Part shown: positions 63,001-64,000 of the stretch, piece after piece
Position numbering within the stretch: position 1 is the first letter of the stretch
Layout of the letters: the number at the start of each line of letters is the position of its first letter
Source of the DNA: Amoebophrya sp. A120
Lineage: Eukaryota; Protista; Dinoflagellata
DNA length: 64,000 bases
Reading direction: 5' to 3'
NCBI GenBank assembly: GCA_905178155.1
Contig: CAJINV010000004.1
Span: 404,969-468,968, forward strand
Position numbers and translations under genes: made by a program
The notes under the pieces: model-generated
Told to the model about the DNA's origin: nothing
The model's input: only the letters and a program-made list of their open reading frames with translations
The model's database searches: none

Positions 63001-64000
63001 CAAAAAGTGCCCACTTCTGGCCATGCTGAGAGGGCATTTCTCATGCAGAACACGCATCACGAAGGAGCTGCAGAACATGTGATGCTAGGCCCTGCATTCC
63101 AGAGGTGGGGGAGCTAGAGCTTGGAAAAACTGCATGACAAATCTCGGAATCTCCCAGACCCAGACATATTTGCATTTGATAGAAGGACAACCAGACCCCG
63201 CCCGACATCGGCGTGGACGTTACTTTCGGCGTGCGCGTGGACCCCGAGAACGTGCCGGCGGTGAACATCGCCTGGAATCCGGTCACTCCTCTGGGAGCCC
63301 AGGCGGTGACGCAACTGCAAAACGCCGTTACCGCTGCCGTCCAAACTGCAAGCGCGAACATCGGCAATGCCAATGTGGGTGTTTCGGTTTCGCAGAATCA
63401 GGGCGATACGGCGACTGTCGCGGTAACGACATCGACGACCACGACGACAACCACCACGACGACCACCACGACTACGACAAAACCATTGCTTAACAAGGGA
63501 CTCGAGATGGTGTTGACCTTCCCCGCGACAGCGAGTCCGGATGAGGTGACAGATGCGCTGAGTGACGCGGATTTGAGTGATGCATTAAAGGATGGCGTTG
63601 TGAAATATTTCGCTGATCAGGGCGTCACTCTCACCGATAGTCAAATTGAAAACCTGGTTGTCACGCAAAAGCCGGGATCCAGCCCGCCTGATGTTGGTGT
63701 GGATGTCACTTTTGGTGTCCGTGTGAACCCGGACAATGTGCCAGATGTAAACATCGCATGGAACCCAGTGACGCCTCTGGAGCAAAGCGATCTCGCATCG
63801 CTCCAAACTGCTTTGACCGACGCGGTCCAGAATTCTGCGGCAAGCATTGGCTCGGGATCTGCAGCAGGCAACGTCGCGGTGTCGCAGACGCAGGGGGACA
63901 CTGCTACTGTCGCGGTGACAACGACGACGAGCACGACGACAGTGGTCACTACAACCACCACGACAACGACGAAGCCGCGCTTGAGCAAGGGGCTCGAGAT
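76..64000 (+). CDS. Giant multi-exon mucin-like protein: tandem SEA-like modules and Thr-rich linkers; partial at both ends; 65 exons in window, ~15,870 codons
   Basis: The + strand ORF fragments (69..578, 866..1159, ... 48219..54266, 54370..59022, 59236..61530, 61679..62971) join in frame when each TAT...ATA element plus 5 bp is removed. The same domain/Thr-run architecture continues across junctions and there is no stop after splicing. Exon edges are uncertain by a few bp because of the direct repeats. Confidence 0.88.
571..852. mobile_element. Introner family B
   Basis: taccctgagaaaaaacgtcc...ggacgtttttactcagcata; flanks cgcgg/cgcga. Confidence 0.85.
1053..1315. mobile_element. Introner family A
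   Basis: tatcaaatgcaaaaatgtctggg...cccagacatttttgcatttgata; TSD ggtga. Confidence 0.9.
1599..1889. mobile_element. Introner family B
   Basis: tatcccgagtaaaagcgtcccc...ggggacgattttacataggata; TSD tacaa. Confidence 0.88.
2262..2473. mobile_element. Introner family C
   Basis: tatccaagaaaaaaac...gtttttttcttggata; TSD ggcga. Confidence 0.88.
2553..2817. mobile_element. Introner family A
   Basis: tatcaactgc...gcagttgata; TSD cgacg. Confidence 0.88.
2887..3152. mobile_element. Introner family A
   Basis: Family A TIRs; TSD ggtca. Confidence 0.9.
3406..3557. mobile_element. Introner family D
   Basis: tatcctgcgcaaaagtatc...gatacttttgcaatgcata; TSD aagcg. Confidence 0.88.
4198..4441. mobile_element. 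Introner family E
   Basis: ~50-bp imperfect TIR tatggtgttctcagctg.../...cagttgagagcgccata; TSD tccct. Confidence 0.86.
4506..4767. mobile_element. Introner family A
   Basis: Family A TIRs; TSD gaacg. Confidence 0.9.
5471..5777. mobile_element. Introner family F
   Basis: ~57-bp TIR tatggaagtgtcaggattgaaatcgacaaagttg; TSD gcttg. Confidence 0.9.
5841..6103. mobile_element. Introner family A
   Basis: Family A TIRs; TSD cattc. Confidence 0.9.
6263..6381. mobile_element. Introner, shortest (119 bp), family G singleton
   Basis: tatccaggaaaaaacacccatctt...aagatggttgtttttcctctggata; TSD aacgc. Confidence 0.85.
6610..6754. mobile_element. Introner family D (inverted relative to 3406-3557)
   Basis: tatgcattgcaaaagtatcg...cgatacttttgcacaggata; TSD acctg. 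Confidence 0.88.
6779..7101. mobile_element. Introner family H
   Basis: tattgcaaggaaaaatcccccctccc...gggaggggggatttttcttcttgata; TSD gatgc. Confidence 0.87.
7696..7959. mobile_element. Introner family A
   Basis: Family A TIRs; TSD tccgc. Confidence 0.88.
8035..8247. mobile_element. Introner family C-like
   Basis: tatcgcacgaaaaaagtgtttcactgta...tacagtgaaacagttttttcttgcgata; TSD tcgga. Confidence 0.87.
8626..8913. mobile_element. Introner family B
   Basis: tattctgagtaaaaacgt...acgtttttactcaggata; TSD ggtcg. Confidence 0.88.
9008..9171. mobile_element. Introner family I
   Basis: tatgcaattcaaattttctgtaca...tgtacggaaaatttactatggata; TSD ccatt. Confidence 0.86.
9848..10132. mobile_element. Introner family B
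   Basis: tatcctacgtaaaaac...gtttttacacaggata; TSD acgca. Confidence 0.88.
10134..11782 (+). CDS. Large exon of the giant gene (basic/acidic insert, SFLE motif, SEA-like modules)
   Basis: Core of ORF 10109..12037, between elements 9848-10132 and 11787-12039. Confidence 0.85.
11787..12039. mobile_element. Introner family A
   Basis: Family A ends (right arm partly deleted); flanks ggcag/ggcgg. Confidence 0.86.
12041..13441 (+). CDS. Large exon of the giant gene
   Basis: Core of ORF 12086..13477, between two family A elements. Confidence 0.85.
13446..13707. mobile_element. Introner family A
   Basis: Family A TIRs; TSD tttga. Confidence 0.88.
13776..13931. mobile_element. Introner family D
   Basis: tatgcattgcagaagtatcg...cgatacttttgcaatgcata; flanks cgcag/cccgg. 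Confidence 0.85.
14083..14530. mobile_element. Introner with degenerate D-like ends and atypical long interior
   Basis: tatgccgtgtgcaaaagtag...ctactcttgtaccattgcata; flanks acgcc/ccccc; frame restored by removing element+5. Confidence 0.72.
15548..15871. mobile_element. Introner family H (inverted relative to 6779-7101)
   Basis: Interior is the reverse complement of 6779-7101; TSD acagg. Confidence 0.87.
15960..16227. mobile_element. Introner family A
   Basis: Diverged family A TIRs; flanks tggat/tgtac. Confidence 0.84.
16305..16568. mobile_element. Introner family A
   Basis: Family A TIRs; TSD gcacc. Confidence 0.88.
17142..17292. mobile_element. Introner family D
   Basis: tatgaactgcaaaagt...acttttgcacaggata; flanks cgcga/cgtga. 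Confidence 0.86.
17331..17592. mobile_element. Introner family A
   Basis: Family A TIRs; TSD cgcgg. Confidence 0.9.
17958..18878 (+). mobile_element. Putative non-autonomous Helitron-like element nested in an introner
   Basis: Inserted between host A and T with no TSD; 5' TT; 3' GC hairpin gctccggc-ggca-gccggagc followed by atggCTGG (CTRR). Confidence 0.62.
18471..18643. repeat. Minisatellite, ~13-14 copies of a 12-13-bp unit ccctctcgcgc(c)a
   Basis: Directly visible tandem array. Confidence 0.93.
19166..19396. mobile_element. Introner family J
   Basis: tatgacggtgcacaac...gttgtgcactgtcata; TSD tctga. Confidence 0.88.
19432..19744. mobile_element. Introner family F (inverted relative to 5471-5777)
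   Basis: tatgggggtgtcaggattgaaatcg...ctgacacattcata; flanks ggagt/gcagt. Confidence 0.87.
19792..20105. mobile_element. Introner family H
   Basis: tatccaaatgagaatattccccctcccc...ggggagggagggtttttcctcacaata; flanks tctgg/tgtgg. Confidence 0.82.
20107..21877 (+). CDS. Large exon of the giant gene
   Basis: Core of ORF 20077..21966. Confidence 0.85.
21882..22097. mobile_element. Introner family C-like
   Basis: tatcacaggaaaaaagtgttgcagttacacat...atgtgtaactgtaacacttttttctcacgata; TSD gacac. Confidence 0.88.
22578..22839. mobile_element. Introner family A
   Basis: Family A TIRs; TSD tgatt. Confidence 0.9.
23082..23240. mobile_element. Introner family D
   Basis: tatccattgcaaaagcatcg...cgatgcttttgcaatgcata; flanks gcttg/ggttg. 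Confidence 0.87.
23242..26038 (+). CDS. Large exon of the giant gene
   Basis: Core of ORF 23183..26110. Confidence 0.85.
26043..26190. mobile_element. Introner family D
   Basis: tatcctgtgcaaa...ttttgcaagtcata; TSD gaatt. Confidence 0.87.
26294..26466. mobile_element. Introner family I (inverted relative to 9008-9171)
   Basis: tatccatagtgaagttt...aaatttgtattgcata; flanks cgagt/ggagc. Confidence 0.84.
26468..28783 (+). CDS. Large exon of the giant gene
   Basis: Core of ORF 26430..28862. Confidence 0.85.
28788..28963. mobile_element. Introner family D
   Basis: tatgcattgcaaaagtgt...acacttttgcaaaggata; flanks aaaac/aagac. Confidence 0.85.
29869..30123. mobile_element. Introner family A
   Basis: Family A TIRs; TSD acact. 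Confidence 0.88.
30289..30504. mobile_element. Introner family J
   Basis: tatgacagtgcacagctccccctccccctcat...atgagggggagggggagttgtgcacagtcata; flanks ctcta/cacta. Confidence 0.88.
30506..31732 (+). CDS. Exon of the giant gene (Gln/basic-rich insert)
   Basis: Core of ORF 30290..31774. Confidence 0.82.
31737..31998. mobile_element. Introner family A (inverted relative to 2887-3152)
   Basis: Family A TIRs; TSD ttccg. Confidence 0.89.
32073..32328. mobile_element. Introner family A
   Basis: Family A TIRs; flanks ggacg/cgacg. Confidence 0.86.
32399..32650. mobile_element. Introner family A
   Basis: Family A TIRs; flanks cgaca/cgacc; near reverse complement of 40943-41194. Confidence 0.89.
33119..33397. 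mobile_element. Introner family B
   Basis: tatcctgagcaaaaacg...cgtttttaagcaggata; TSD ttatc. Confidence 0.88.
34171..34320. mobile_element. Introner family D
   Basis: tatcctgtgcaaaagtatcg...cgatacttttgcaatgcata; TSD agacg. Confidence 0.89.
34360..34568. mobile_element. Introner family C
   Basis: tatccaagaaaaaaactgcgtaagtgtaa...ttacacttacgcagttttttgttgcata; TSD ccaaa. Confidence 0.88.
34662..34943. mobile_element. Introner family B
   Basis: tatcctgaggaaaaaagtcccc...ggggacgtttttaatcaggata; TSD tggaa. Confidence 0.88.
35002..35218. mobile_element. Introner family J
   Basis: tatgacagtgcgcaactcccc...ggggagttgtgcgccgtcata; TSD ttggc. Confidence 0.88.
35387..35657. mobile_element. Introner family A
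   Basis: Family A TIRs; TSD ccacc. Confidence 0.87.
35746..36053. mobile_element. Introner family F
   Basis: tatgggagtgtcaggatcgaaatcgtcaaagttg...caactttgacgatttcaatcctgacgcttccata; TSD gagga. Confidence 0.89.
36438..36668. mobile_element. Introner family J
   Basis: tatgagagttgtgcacaactcccc...ggggagttgtgcactctcata; flanks ccacg/ccagc. Confidence 0.86.
36670..39088 (+). CDS. Large exon of the giant gene
   Basis: Core of ORF 36656..39172. Confidence 0.85.
39093..39243. mobile_element. Introner family I
   Basis: tatccacaggaaattt...aaatttgtgttgcata; TSD agaca. Confidence 0.86.
39245..40938 (+). CDS. Large exon of the giant gene
   Basis: Core of ORF 39284..40954. Confidence 0.85.
40943..41194. 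mobile_element. Introner family A
   Basis: Family A TIRs; TSD cggtg. Confidence 0.9.
41243..41501. mobile_element. Introner family E-like with ~70-bp TIR
   Basis: tatgacctgctc...tagagtctggattttgt / acaaaatccagactcta...gagcaggtgata; TSD gacga. Confidence 0.86.
41840..42115. mobile_element. Introner family A
   Basis: Family A TIRs; TSD gcagg. Confidence 0.88.
42580..42789. mobile_element. Introner family J
   Basis: tatgagggtacacaactccc...gggagttgtgcactctcata; TSD gagca. Confidence 0.88.
42791..44151 (+). CDS. Large exon of the giant gene
   Basis: Core of ORF 42818..44167. Confidence 0.85.
44156..44417. mobile_element. Introner family A (inverted relative to 17331-17592)
   Basis: Family A TIRs; TSD ccacg. 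Confidence 0.89.
44588..44739. mobile_element. Introner family I
   Basis: tatccacagtaaatttccc...gggaaatttgtattgcata; flanks cattg/ccttg. Confidence 0.86.
44829..45049. mobile_element. Introner family J
   Basis: tatgaggatgcacaact...agttgcgcactgtcata; TSD gaaca. Confidence 0.86.
45051..48042 (+). CDS. Large exon (~3 kb) of the giant gene
   Basis: Core of ORF 45061..48078. Confidence 0.87.
48047..48202. mobile_element. Introner family D, TSD decayed
   Basis: tatgcattgcaaa...ttttgcagtgcata; flanks ggatt/aaacc; frame restored by removing element+5. Confidence 0.82.
48204..54214 (+). CDS. Largest exon (~6 kb) of the giant gene
   Basis: Core of ORF 48219..54266 (2015 aa). Confidence 0.88.
54219..54376. 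mobile_element. Introner family D, TSD decayed
   Basis: tatccgctgcaaaa...tttgcaatgcata; flanks cgacc/ctcta. Confidence 0.82.
54378..58938 (+). CDS. Large exon (~4.6 kb) of the giant gene
   Basis: Core of ORF 54370..59022 (1550 aa). Confidence 0.88.
58943..59120. mobile_element. Introner family D, TSD decayed
   Basis: tatcatttgtaaaagcatcg...cgatgcttttgcaatgtcgata; flanks aagca/gaaat. Confidence 0.8.
59122..61499 (+). CDS. Large exon of the giant gene
   Basis: Core of ORF 59236..61530. Confidence 0.86.
61504..61685. mobile_element. Introner family D
   Basis: tatgcattgcagaagtat...atacttttgcaatgcata; flanks cgagc/cgaac. Confidence 0.85.
61687..62905 (+). CDS. Exon of the giant gene (recently duplicated modules)
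   Basis: Core of ORF 61679..62971. Confidence 0.85.
62910..63181. mobile_element. Introner family A
   Basis: tatgcattgcaaatatgtctggg...cccagacatatttgcatttgata; TSD gaagg. Confidence 0.89.
63183..64000 (+). CDS. Last visible exon, runs off the window
   Basis: Open frame ...K-DNQTPPDIGVDVTFGVRV...KPRLSKGLE to the window end; same module as upstream. Confidence 0.82.

Larger units (their letters stand above)
61741..64000 (+). repeat. Tandem coding repeat of a ~490-bp module (PLL[NS]KGLEMVL...AWNPVTP...QGDTATVAVTTT)
   Basis: Units start near 61741, 62235, 62726, 63483 and 63975; units 1 and 4 are the most alike. Confidence 0.85.

Noticed and set aside
1-64000. CRISPR array or bacterial REP/IS interpretation of the dispersed ~30-bp repeats
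   Set aside because: The repeats are inverted pairs bounding 120-450-bp elements with TSDs, irregularly spaced inside a eukaryote-like gene; there are no cas or transposase genes.
76-64000. Transposon-riddled pseudogene, or a cluster of many separate small genes
   Set aside because: About 47.6 kb of exon sequence has no stop or frameshift after uniform element+5 removal, even where TSDs have decayed. The ORF-track stops of the exon frames fall inside elements.

Overview
Eukaryotic genomic DNA. The whole window is the interior of one giant + strand gene with no start or stop visible. It encodes more than 15,800 aa of ~120-150-aa folded (SEA/ferredoxin-like) modules alternating with Thr-rich mucin-like linkers. 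The reading frame is interrupted by 64 complete insertions and 1 partial one (119-448 bp, one of 1071 bp) that fall into about 10 sequence families. Each begins TAT (once TAC), ends ATA and has terminal inverted repeats. Each has a 5-bp flank on both sides, a perfect direct repeat in 44 of 64 cases. Removing each element plus 5 bp restores one continuous stop-free frame. I checked this by hand at every junction, and the summed lengths agree with the frame at the window end. Only about 6 of 64 can be drawn as GT-AG, and family members sit in both orientations. These are therefore most likely transposon-derived non-canonical introns (introners), as described for the parasitic dinoflagellate Amoebophrya; the taxon is an inference. 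Further signals: a GCAWNACAA 9-mer shared by unrelated families, often in ~31-bp pairs; G:U-biased and co-varying TIR arms; a splice register deducible from decayed TSDs; a Helitron-like element nested in one intron; and SFLE/FLQ-type motifs suggesting the protein is a processed polyprotein. No transposase, RNA gene or CRISPR array was seen.
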